From: Nitrospirota bacterium
Lineage (GTDB): Bacteria > Nitrospirota > Nitrospiria > 2-01-FULL-66-17
DNA: 64,000 nt
Direction: 5' to 3'
NCBI GenBank assembly: GCA_049325335.1
Contig: JBMOMC010000007.1
Span: 96,001-160,000 of the forward strand
Shown here: in pieces, positions 27,168 through 35,534 of the stretch
Layout: each line of letters starts with the position of its first letter
How positions within the stretch are numbered: the stretch's first letter is position 1
Translations under genes and position numbers: made by a program
Notes under the pieces: generated by a model
What the model was told of the DNA's origin: nothing
Database searches by the model: none
The model's input: only the letters and a program-made list of their open reading frames with translations

Positions 27168-28424
27168 TTACCGTCCTTTGTCCTTGTCCCAGGTTTGTTG
27201 CGGCCACGACCCGGAGCCGGAGTCCTGTCCGTGCCCGGCGCCGTTCCAGTTTCCCGGCCCGCCGTCGCCCGATTCGCCCGACCACTGTTTCCACGCCGGC
27301 GAGCCGGACCCGTTGGTCTCGGTGGTCTCAGGCGCCGCAGCGGGTTTCTCCGTCCGCGCGGCGGCCGATCCCTTGTCCTCGGCAGACGACTCCGCCCACT
27401 GCTTATTGCCCCAGGAGCCGCCCCCCCCTTTTTGCCACTTGGTCCACCACGCCTCCCCGCCGGACGACCCGGTATCGGCTGAAAATGCTTTTCCGGTATG
27501 CTTTAGGAAGACGTCGTCCAGGCTGGGCCGCGACAAGGTAATCGACCGAATGCCCGCGCGCGCGGCATCCAGCGCGGGCAACAGCTTGGGCAACGCTTCG
27601 CGGCCCTCCTTGACGACCACGTGCAGACTGTCGCCCTCGGCCACGATGTCTTTGACCAACGGATGGCTCTTAAGAACCTGCCACACTGACGGCCCCGGCG
27701 CGCCGTTGTCGAACGTCAAGCGGATGGCGTCCCCGCCGACCCCGTCCTTGAGCGCTTCGGGCGTCCCCACCACTTTGACTCCGCCTTGGTCCACGATCGC
27801 CACCCGGTGGGCCAGCTTATCGGCTTCTTCCAGGTAGTGCGTGGTCAGGAAAATCGTCATGCCGTCGGACGCGTTGAGCCGTCGAATATAGTCCCACAAT
27901 GCGTGGCGGGACTGCAGGTCGAGTCCCAACGTCGGTTCATCAAGGAACAACACCCGCGGCCGGTGCAGCAACGCGGTGGCGATGTCCAACTTGCGTTTCA
28001 TGCCGCCGGAGTACGACGAGACCACCTGGTCGGCGACGGACTCGATGTCGAACAGGGCCAACAACTCGTTGGTTCGTTCCGCGATGATGCGGGCCTCTAG
28101 ATGGTAAAGCCGGCCCTGCAACACCAAGTTCTCTCGACCGGTCAGGAAATAGTCCACTCCGGCTTCTTGCGCCACGTACCCGATCACGCGACGGACCGCC
28201 GCGGGCTCACGAACCACGTCGAACCCAGCCACCGACGCGGCGCCGCTCGACGGTCGACTCAGCGTGGTCAGAATCTTGATCGTGGACGTTTTCCCGGCGC
28301 CGTTGGGCCCCAGAAACCCGAGGATCTCGCCTTCGGACACGGACAGGTCCATGGCGGACAACGCGGTTCGTCCGCCATAATACACTTTGGACAAGCGTTC
28401 GGCGTGAATGATGGGAGAGGACAT
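27168..28424 (-). CDS. ABC exporter ATP-binding protein (DrrA-like) with Trp-rich disordered C-tail
   Basis: Walker A GPNGAGKT, signature YSGGM, Walker B LFLDEPT, H-loop TTHY, PSLDDVF, then a ~100 aa low-complexity tail. Confidence 0.92.
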   Translation of the reverse strand: MSSPIIHAERLSKVYYGGRTALSAMDLSVSEGEILGFLGPNGAGKTSTIKILTTLSRPSSGAASVAGFDVVREPAAVRRVIGYVAQEAGVDYFLTGRENLVLQGRLYHLEARIIAERTNELLALFDIESVADQVVSSYSGGMKRKLDIATALLHRPRVLFLDEPTLGLDLQSRHALWDYIRRLNASDGMTIFLTTHYLEEADKLAHRVAIVDQGGVKVVGTPEALKDGVGGDAIRLTFDNGAPGPSVWQVLKSHPLVKDIVAEGDSLHVVVKEGREALPKLLPALDAARAGIRSITLSRPSLDDVFLKHTGKAFSADTGSSGGEAWWTKWQKGGGGSWGNKQWAESSAEDKGSAAARTEKPAAAPETTETNGSGSPAWKQWSGESGDGGPGNWNGAGHGQDSGSGSWPQQTWDKDKGR

Positions 28425-28427
28425 GCG

Positions 28428-28955
28428 TTACCGCGCCGCGTGCGCGCGCTCACCACGCGACGGCGCGATGAACGTGCCCGACTTTCCTCCCGTCTTCTTC
28501 AACAAGCCGACGTCTCCAAACGTCATGCCTTTGTCGATGGCCTTACACATGTCATAGATCGTCAGCAGCGAAATCGACACCGCCGTGAGCGCCTCCATTT
28601 CCACGCCCGTTTGCCCATGCACTTTGACGGTCGCGGTGACCGTGATGGCGCACTGGCCGTCGGCATTGGGAGCCTGATGTTCGGTGAACGCAATATCCAC
28701 GCCGGTCAGCAACAACGGGTGGCACATGGGAATCACGTCCGACGTGCGCTTCGCCCCCATAATCCCGGCCACTTGCGCCACGGCGAGCACATCGCCCTTT
28801 TTGATCTGGCCCGCGCGGATGCGTTCGAACGTGGCGGGTAACATGTACACCGTGCCTTCGGCGATCGCGGTCCGGTCGGTCTCGGACTTCTCGCTCACGT
28901 CAACCATGCGGGCGCGCCCCTCGGCGTTAAAATGCGTCAGATCGTTTTCGGCCAT
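28428..28955 (-). CDS. moaC: Cyclic pyranopterin monophosphate synthase MoaC
   Basis: [39 protein letters not shown] and KTGGKSG motifs. Confidence 0.97.
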   Translation of the reverse strand: MAENDLTHFNAEGRARMVDVSEKSETDRTAIAEGTVYMLPATFERIRAGQIKKGDVLAVAQVAGIMGAKRTSDVIPMCHPLLLTGVDIAFTEHQAPNADGQCAITVTATVKVHGQTGVEMEALTAVSISLLTIYDMCKAIDKGMTFGDVGLLKKTGGKSGTFIAPSRGERAHAAR

Positions 28956-29289
28956 GTCAGCTCCTTACGTCGATAATGAAGGTCGCCTGGACGCCGTGCG
29001 ACTCGATCAACAAACCGGCACAGCGCACTTTAGTTTTGCAAAATCTACACCTCTGAGTTCGCAGGACCACGTGTACCCGGCATGTGGCTCGGCGATGACT
29101 ATTCCCATGCTTGACTTTGAGACCAAAATCCGGAATAAATCCGTCCCGTAGTGGTTTAAGTGCTATACCGACGACACGAATTATTTATTCAGTAATGTTT
29201 CATGAAATAGCTCGTGGGTTATAACAGTCCATCCTTCAGCAGTCAATGCGTTCGCGTCGCCAACACCGTGACGCGTGAAGGGAAAAGCA

Positions 29290-29305
29290 GGGAAGACTTT
29301 TTCCC
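29290..29305. promoter_or_regulatory. Candidate enhancer (UAS) palindrome upstream of moaD
   Basis: GGGAAGACTTTTTCCC (GGGAA-N6-TTCCC), ~85 bp upstream of the sigma54 site. Confidence 0.5.
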
Positions 29306-29389
29306 CTTTTTCTTGATTGAAGAAATTTCTTGGACGTGTACGTTGTTTTAACTCTTGGATTCAGAAGCGTTTCCTTTAATGCACGTAAA

Positions 29390-29405
29390 TGGCACTGTAC
29401 TTGCT
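29390..29405 (+). promoter_or_regulatory. sigma54 promoter of moaD-moaE-moaA
   Basis: TGGCACTGTACTTGCT is an exact match to TGGCAC-N5-TTGCW, 31 bp before the moaD start. Confidence 0.85.
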
Positions 29406-29436
29406 TAAACTCTAAGAGCTTGAAAGAGAGGATCGA

Positions 29437-29694
29437 GTGGTCACCGTGAGATTCTTTGCTGTGCTGAAAAAACTCGTTGGACGAGAGATGATGCATGTGG
29501 ATGTCGGCTCCGGACAAATGACGCTAAAAGACTTACTTGATCGACTGGATAAAGACATCCCGTCATTCCGGACAACGCTCCGAGAAGGCCGAACCCTGAT
29601 CGCCGTGAACCAAGAAACCGCGCAAGAGGACACGCTCATTTCAGACGGCGATGAAGTCGCGTTTCTCCCACCGTTTGCCGGTGGACAACTCTAA
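29437..29694 (+). CDS. moaD: Molybdopterin synthase sulfur carrier MoaD (C-terminal GG followed by QL)
   Basis: VTVRFFAVLK..IAVNQE..DGDEVAFLPPFAGG-QL. GAGG RBS. Directly before moaE. Confidence 0.9.
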   Translation: MVTVRFFAVLKKLVGREMMHVDVGSGQMTLKDLLDRLDKDIPSFRTTLREGRTLIAVNQETAQEDTLISDGDEVAFLPPFAGGQL

Positions 29695-29705
29695 CCCGAG
29701 GCGAG

Positions 29706-30164
29706 GTGACGCTGATGATGCCGCAGGAAACCGGGTCGACGCTGGAATGGATCAGGATTCAAGAGGAAGACTTCTCGGTTGAAGAAGAAACCAACCGCAT
29801 TAAAGAACGTTCAAAGCGCATCGGCGGCATCGTCACCTTTCTGGGAACCGCGCGCGACTTTTCCAAAGGCCGAGACATTAACCGCATCGACTTTGAATAC
29901 TACCCTGGCATGGCGGAAAAACGCTTAAACGAAATCCGCGAACGCGCATTGCAGGATTACGACATCATTGAAGTCAGCATCATCCATCGGGTTGGCCGCA
30001 TCGAGACCGGCGAAAACATCGTGTTGATCCTGGTCGGAGCCGAACACCGTAAAGACGCCTTTCGCGCGTGCGAGTGGTGCATCGACGAATTAAAGCGCAT
30101 CACGCCGATCTGGAAACGCGAGGAAACCACGCAGGGCGAAGTGTGGGTGGTTGAACATCCGTAA
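29706..30164 (+). CDS. moaE: Molybdopterin synthase catalytic subunit MoaE
   Basis: GGIVTFLGTAR, EYYPGMA, IHRVG, HRKDAF and IDELK..PIWKRE motifs. Confidence 0.95.
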   Translation: MTLMMPQETGSTLEWIRIQEEDFSVEEETNRIKERSKRIGGIVTFLGTARDFSKGRDINRIDFEYYPGMAEKRLNEIRERALQDYDIIEVSIIHRVGRIETGENIVLILVGAEHRKDAFRACEWCIDELKRITPIWKREETTQGEVWVVEHP

Positions 30165-30264
30165 TAGGGCAATGAGTGACTCACGACGGCTCGTCTCTGG
30201 ACGAGTAAGGTAGATTGACCCCCGGGCCTCACGGCTCCGGGCGGTCCCAAGCGAGGGGGAGAAC

Positions 30265-31308
30265 ATGATCGAAAAGGCGGTCGCGCAATCACAGGTCGTG
30301 GGGTCTGAACAGGAGTTCGCCATCCTGAAGGACAACTTCAACCGCAAGATCAGTTATATGCGGATTTCCATCACAGACCGGTGCAACCTTCGCTGCACCT
30401 ATTGCATGCCGGCCTGGGGGTTCGAATGGATGGATCGAAACAGCCTGCTCACCTACGATGAAATTCATCGGTTGGTCGGCGTGGCGGCCAAACGCGGCTT
30501 GTACAAGGTCAGGGTCACCGGCGGTGAACCGCTGGTACGCGACGGCGTGGTGGACTTCGTGGCGGGCCTCAAGGCCATCAACGGTATCCGTGAAATTGCG
30601 TTGACCACCAACGCGGTGCTGCTCAAGAAATACGCGCAAGGCCTGAAAAACGCGGGGCTCGACCGAGTCAACATCAGCCTCGACTCCCTCGATCCCAAGA
30701 AGTTCGAAGAGATCACGCGCGGCCACGTGTTCTGGAAGGTGTGGGAAGGCATCGAAGAGGCCGAACGCGTGGGACTCAACCCCCTCAAGATCAACATCGT
30801 GCTCCAGAACGGCGTGAACGATATGGAAGCCGTCGACTTCGCCAAGATGACCATCGATAAGCCGTACGAGATTCGCTTCATCGAATACATGCCGGTCAAC
30901 GACTACGAAGACTGGAAGAGCAAATACATCCCGGTCGCCGACATCAAAAACCGAATTGCCAGCGAACTCGGCGAGCTGATTCCGGTTCAAGAGTCCGAAT
31001 CCGATGGCCCGTCCAAGAACTTCCGCTTAGAGGGCGCCAAGGGAGTGGTGGGATTCATCACCGCCATCAGCGACAACCATTTCTGCGAGAAGTGCAACCG
31101 AGTCCGCTTAACCGCGGATGGCAAGATCCGGCCGTGCCTGTTCTCGGCTATTGAGGTGGACTTCTTGGATGCGTTGCGGAACAGTTGCAGCGACGAAGAC
31201 ATCGACATGCTGTACGACCAGGTGTTGGGAATCAAACCGCAGGCTCACGACCTGGATAAATTTTCTGAAGAAAAGATGCTCAAGGCTATGGTGAATATCG
31301 GCGGGTAA
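30265..31308 (+). CDS. moaA: GTP 3',8-cyclase MoaA
   Basis: RISITDRCNLRCTYCM, TGGEPL, RFIEYMP, FCEKCNRVRLTADG..PCL and C-terminal MVNIGG. Confidence 0.97.
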   Translation: MIEKAVAQSQVVGSEQEFAILKDNFNRKISYMRISITDRCNLRCTYCMPAWGFEWMDRNSLLTYDEIHRLVGVAAKRGLYKVRVTGGEPLVRDGVVDFVAGLKAINGIREIALTTNAVLLKKYAQGLKNAGLDRVNISLDSLDPKKFEEITRGHVFWKVWEGIEEAERVGLNPLKINIVLQNGVNDMEAVDFAKMTIDKPYEIRFIEYMPVNDYEDWKSKYIPVADIKNRIASELGELIPVQESESDGPSKNFRLEGAKGVVGFITAISDNHFCEKCNRVRLTADGKIRPCLFSAIEVDFLDALRNSCSDEDIDMLYDQVLGIKPQAHDLDKFSEEKMLKAMVNIGG

Positions 31309-31329
31309 CCGTCTCACTCTCCTCCCCCC

Positions 31330-31372
31330 AGAGAGCCCTTGGACCCTCGTGGTCCGAGGGCTCTCTCTTTTT
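31330..31372 (+). terminator. Rho-independent terminator after moaA
   Basis: Stem AGAGAGCCCTTGGACC/GGTCCGAGGGCTCTCT followed by CTTTTT. Confidence 0.85.
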
Positions 31373-31388
31373 CTCCCCCACCTTTTTC

Positions 31389-31418
31389 TTGACAACGCAC
31401 TTTTCCCTCTGTTAGGTT
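31389..31418 (+). promoter_or_regulatory. Putative sigma70 promoter of the sigma54 activator gene
   Basis: TTGACA, 18-nt spacer, then TAGGTT preceded by TG (extended -10). Confidence 0.5.
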
Positions 31419-31522
31419 CAAAAAGGGCGATCGAGACGCCCAAAAGTTCCAGAGGTTTTACTAGGATTGGTAAAAGTCATACCCTGATTTCCCCATGACC
31501 TCACCTTCAGCCTAAGGAAACC

Positions 31523-32944
31523 GTGATCGACCAACCAAATCTCGGCCATGTCTGCATTCTGGCTGACGACGAACTCGTCGGCCTCGCACAAAGCCTCATC
31601 GGGCCAATGAATCTTGCCTTGTCTCGCGCCAAAGACGAACAGGAGCTGGCGCAACTCGTTCGCCATACCCACCCACTCCTCGCTATCGTTCACAGCTCCA
31701 AGAAATCAATCGACTTACCGGACCTTTGTACCGGACTCAATCGGATTCAAGACGATCTCGCGATCATGATCGTCCTCTCGATCGAACACCTGCACCTCCA
31801 AAAACTCATTGCCGCGTCACCCAAATTAAAGGTATTGACGGAACCCATTGATTTATCGGTCTTCAGCCAGCGCCTCCTCGAATCAACCGGGCTTTCCAGT
31901 CCCATTGATCGCGCGATTGGACAGGACGATATCAGGAATCAAAGCGATTTCGGGCACCTGCTGGGTCTCAGTCCGAAGATGAAAGAGACCATGATGATCA
32001 TCAACCAGGTCGCCCCCACAAATATCAAGGTACTGATTCGCGGTGAAAGCGGAACCGGGAAAGAATTGGTGGCCCGAACCTTGTATGCGCGTTCATTGCG
32101 AAAGGACAAACCGTTTATTAAGGTCTTATGCGCAGCCCTGCCGGAGGGGCTGTTGGAGAGCGAATTGTTCGGGTATGAAAAAGGCGCATTTACCGGTGCG
32201 CTCCGCCGTAAACCGGGAAAGTTCGAGTTTGCCAACCACGGGACCATCTTTCTCGATGAAATCGGAGAAATCAGCCCGGGGTTGCAGGCGAAACTCCTCC
32301 AGGTGCTCCAAGACGGCGAGTTCTCACGCGTCGGGGGAGAAACGGACGTCAAAGTGGATACGCGAGTGCTGGCAGCCACCAATAAAAATTTGGAAAAGGC
32401 CGTGGCGGAAGGCGTGTTTCGCGAGGACCTGTTCTATCGCATTAACGTGGTGTCGGTTCATCTGCCGCCTTTGCGTGAACGCAAAGAAGAAATCCCGTAC
32501 CTCATCGAATATTTTCTTGAAAAATTCAACCACCAATATAACAAACGGTATCCTCGGCTCTCGGACCACACCTTGCAGCGGTTCATTCAATACGACTGGC
32601 CCGGGAACATCCGGGAACTCGAAAACCTCGTGAAACGGATCGTGGTATTGGACAACGAAGACGTGGTGCTGGCGAAGTCTCCGAACAAAGAGGAGGCCGC
32701 GCAGACGGTCCCACCACCGCCGGCAGCGCTGGCGCCGAGCCTCACCGAGCAGACCGCATCGGGTCCGAATTACTCGCTCAAAAGCGTGGGGAAAGAAGCT
32801 GCGAGCCACGCAGAACGGGACCTTATTCGAAACGTCCTGTATCAGACGCACTGGAACAGAAAACGCGCGGCGGAGATTCTTCAGATCAGTTATAAGGCTC
32901 TGCTGTATAAGATCAAGAAGTACAATTTGAACAGCGATGGATAA
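31523..32944 (+). CDS. sigma54-dependent enhancer-binding protein (NtrC/Fis family) with degenerate receiver-like N-domain
   Basis: GESGTGKE, ESELFGYEKGAFTGA, FLDEIGE, FREDLFYR, WPGNIREL and a C-terminal HTH. Confidence 0.93.
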   Translation: MIDQPNLGHVCILADDELVGLAQSLIGPMNLALSRAKDEQELAQLVRHTHPLLAIVHSSKKSIDLPDLCTGLNRIQDDLAIMIVLSIEHLHLQKLIAASPKLKVLTEPIDLSVFSQRLLESTGLSSPIDRAIGQDDIRNQSDFGHLLGLSPKMKETMMIINQVAPTNIKVLIRGESGTGKELVARTLYARSLRKDKPFIKVLCAALPEGLLESELFGYEKGAFTGALRRKPGKFEFANHGTIFLDEIGEISPGLQAKLLQVLQDGEFSRVGGETDVKVDTRVLAATNKNLEKAVAEGVFREDLFYRINVVSVHLPPLRERKEEIPYLIEYFLEKFNHQYNKRYPRLSDHTLQRFIQYDWPGNIRELENLVKRIVVLDNEDVVLAKSPNKEEAAQTVPPPPAALAPSLTEQTASGPNYSLKSVGKEAASHAERDLIRNVLYQTHWNRKRAAEILQISYKALLYKIKKYNLNSDG

Positions 32945-32993
32945 GCGCACCCCGCGCCGCCCAATGGCCTGGTAAGTTCACGGAGGAACCGCC

Positions 32994-33458
32994 TTGTTCG
33001 CGCGAACTGTGCCACTTAGCCCAGACGTCTACCACTACTTCCTGGAAATGGAAACCAGCCGTTCCATCCGGTACTGCCACTTTTTTTCGCTCTGTCACCT
33101 TGGGATCGACCAGATCAGCTCGAACGACCACCTGATGGTTCGCTCGATTGCCGACATTGTGCGCGAAACCATTCGCGGAACCGATCTACTGGGATTCGCC
33201 GGAGACCGAACCCTCTCCATCCTGTTGTTGAATACCGAAATTCAGGGCGCTTACGTTATCGCCGAACGGCTTCGAAACCGGGTCGCCGAACAAACCTTCT
33301 CCGATGACCAGGCCCCCATCCGCCTGACGGCAAGTATCGGCGGCGCCTGTTTCCCAACCCACGGCAACGACGCGACTACGCTCATCTGGAAAGCCAATGA
33401 AATGTTGGCGTTCGCCAGGGCCCAGGGAGGAAACCGGACCGCGGTGCCGACGGCGTAA
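32994..33458 (+). CDS. Degenerate GGDEF-fold protein
   Basis: IRGTDLLGFAGDRTLSILL replaces the GGDEF loop. AERLRNRV, LTASIGGACFP and AQGGNR are typical of the GGDEF C-terminus. Confidence 0.7.
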   Translation: MFARTVPLSPDVYHYFLEMETSRSIRYCHFFSLCHLGIDQISSNDHLMVRSIADIVRETIRGTDLLGFAGDRTLSILLLNTEIQGAYVIAERLRNRVAEQTFSDDQAPIRLTASIGGACFPTHGNDATTLIWKANEMLAFARAQGGNRTAVPTA

Positions 33459-33473
33459 CCACCAACTCGCCGA

Positions 33474-34049
33474 TTATCGGCTCTTCAGGGGTTGAAAAAA
33501 CGCCCATTCATCGGGCGTGAGCGCTTCGTGCACGGTTGATCGGGACGTCTCACGCCGTGGGTGCGCCACCGGCGCCACGGTGAGATCCTCCCGCTGCGGT
33601 CGCTGAGCAACTGTATCCGACTCCCACCCCACCACCACGCTCCCGTCCACGTCAAGGCATTGATACCGGACAACCGTCACGGAATCGCCCAGCAGTCGAA
33701 CCGCGTCTCGCAGGCCGGTCACCACGCCCGGCACGGCGACGATAATGCGAACGCCTCGCGAACACGCGGGCAACCCATGCGCCGACCGCCAGGCGGGATA
33801 GGAACTTTTCCACCTCGCCAGATGGACCAACCACATGAGACCCCCGGGGTCCTCCTCTGTCCAGAGGTAGAGCAGGATCGTCCCCTCCGGCGCATCGCCG
33901 ATGAGCAGTCCGATCCGCTCCGACACAATGGTCCGCTCAACAACGGATTCGCGCGGGATAAACGGATTGTACGCAGCGGCCACGCGCATCAGATCGCCGA
34001 CCGGCGGTTCAACCTGACGCGCCGTCACGCACGCCGACCCTATCGACAT
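33474..34049 (-). CDS. Hypothetical protein
   Basis: ATG 34049 overlaps the end of the upstream gene. Co-oriented with the merR gene. No family recognised. Confidence 0.5.
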   Translation of the reverse strand: MSIGSACVTARQVEPPVGDLMRVAAAYNPFIPRESVVERTIVSERIGLLIGDAPEGTILLYLWTEEDPGGLMWLVHLARWKSSYPAWRSAHGLPACSRGVRIIVAVPGVVTGLRDAVRLLGDSVTVVRYQCLDVDGSVVVGWESDTVAQRPQREDLTVAPVAHPRRETSRSTVHEALTPDEWAFFQPLKSR

Positions 34050-34930
34050 GTGGTCGCCGCGCCGAACAGCGCGGCATTCGCCGATGGAGTCACGGAGTCT
34101 TCCAGACGCCGCACACCGTTCGGCGATGCAAGGGCGGGGATCCATTGCGCAACCAGCGGCGAGATCGTGCTCCACACGCGATCCCCCCCCCCATCCCACA
34201 GACGCCCGGCCAGAAACGATGGGGCCAACTCGCCGACGTCAGGAACAGGACCCGCCACCGCGCACGGCTTGCCCAGAAACGTGTTGACGGCTCGAACGAT
34301 ATGCATCCATCCTGCGTGTTGTGCGTCGTCGGACGTCAACAACAGTAACCGAATACGCACATCGGGATGATCCGCCACGGCCCGTTTGACCGCCTGATAC
34401 GCGCGGGTCACCGACTCGTAGGACGCCTCGCCGGCCAAAAACACCACCTCGTCGGGAGGCGGACCGAGGCTGGGCCACGCCCCGTCTCCTTCGGCATTGA
34501 CGTGAACCATCACCACGTGCGAGGCGGTCGCTCGGGCGTCCCATTGCCGTCGCAGGCCGTGATCGCAAAACACCCCGGGCCGCTCTCGCCCCACCAGCGG
34601 GGTTCGCGCGATCCATGGTCCGACATCGGACCTGACCACGGGGTCGGCCTCGCCCACGGCGCGATAGCCGTTCAAACCGAACACGGGACCGAACACGTGT
34701 TCGTGAGTTTGGCCGACCAGCACGTGTTGTCCGCCGCGCGCCATGATCCCGGCGATGCACGCGACCACGATCGACGCGGGGATATGATCGTCCTGACTGA
34801 CCAGATACACCGTCATCGGGCCGGCGCCCGACGGAAGCGATTGCGGGAGCGTGGTGACGTCGGTTACCGCCGACGACGGTTTCGCCTCGCCCAAAAACAG
34901 ATGGGAAACGTCTTCAAGCCGACGCGGCAT
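34040..34930 (-). CDS. Hypothetical protein, possibly a degenerate MinD/FlhG-like fold lacking the P-loop
   Basis: N-terminal LEDVSHLFL, alpha/beta pattern, ESVTRAYQAVK resembling FlhG-type SITDAYALIK. No GKT. Confidence 0.5.
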   Translation of the reverse strand: MPRRLEDVSHLFLGEAKPSSAVTDVTTLPQSLPSGAGPMTVYLVSQDDHIPASIVVACIAGIMARGGQHVLVGQTHEHVFGPVFGLNGYRAVGEADPVVRSDVGPWIARTPLVGRERPGVFCDHGLRRQWDARATASHVVMVHVNAEGDGAWPSLGPPPDEVVFLAGEASYESVTRAYQAVKRAVADHPDVRIRLLLLTSDDAQHAGWMHIVRAVNTFLGKPCAVAGPVPDVGELAPSFLAGRLWDGGGDRVWSTISPLVAQWIPALASPNGVRRLEDSVTPSANAALFGAATTCR

Positions 34931-34941
34931 AGATTGCGCAC

Positions 34942-35424
34942 TTAGACTTGGTGGGCGGCCGCATCAGGGGGGATCAAGGGTTCATCCGGCCGGCGCCGGC
35001 GCACGCGACGGATGGCGCCGATGTTTCGGTGCCACCGATCCACGTCGCGCTGCACGTCCGCGATGTCGAGCAGCCATTCCTGCCCGGTGATCGCCTCAAA
35101 CACGGTTCGTTCGTAGAAGACCAACACCACGTCCCCGGTCGCCACCAAGGTTAATTCCACCAATGGACGTTTGATGGTGGGGAGGATTTCGCGAATCCTG
35201 ACCATGACCCGACGGATCCGCTGGAGCGAAACACCCGCGTCGAGCAGTTTTTTGGCCGTTTTGTAGGCGACAAGATCTTCGAAGGTGTACCGTGCGTGGC
35301 CACCGTTGGTCCGAACCGACGGGGTCACCAATCCGGTCCGGTCCCAGTACTGCATCTGCCGCCTGGTGAGGCCGACGATGTCTCGGACCTGTCCGCTGTG
35401 GAAGTATCGGGTTTCAACGCCCAT
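34942..35424 (-). CDS. MerR-family transcriptional regulator
   Basis: VGLTRRQMQYWDRTGLVTPS..ARYTFEDL..LLDAGVSLQRIR. Confidence 0.9.
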   Translation of the reverse strand: MGVETRYFHSGQVRDIVGLTRRQMQYWDRTGLVTPSVRTNGGHARYTFEDLVAYKTAKKLLDAGVSLQRIRRVMVRIREILPTIKRPLVELTLVATGDVVLVFYERTVFEAITGQEWLLDIADVQRDVDRWHRNIGAIRRVRRRRPDEPLIPPDAAAHQV

Positions 35425-35534
35425 GACACCCTTTCAACGAGCGTGTGACGTGCGCCATCTTAATCAAGAGCGCTCACGGCTGTCAAGGAGCGATACAACT
35501 TTTTCGGTTTTTGGATGGTTCCGTACGACGGAGA

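Noticed and set aside
29437..30164. MoaD-MoaE fusion via stop readthrough
   Set aside because: The two ORFs are in different frames and moaE has its own RBS.
28956..30264. Moco/Tuco riboswitch upstream of moaD, moaC or moaA
   Set aside because: I could not recognise the conserved structure, and the sigma54 promoter leaves only ~20 nt of leader before moaD. An Infernal scan with the Rfam Moco model would settle it.
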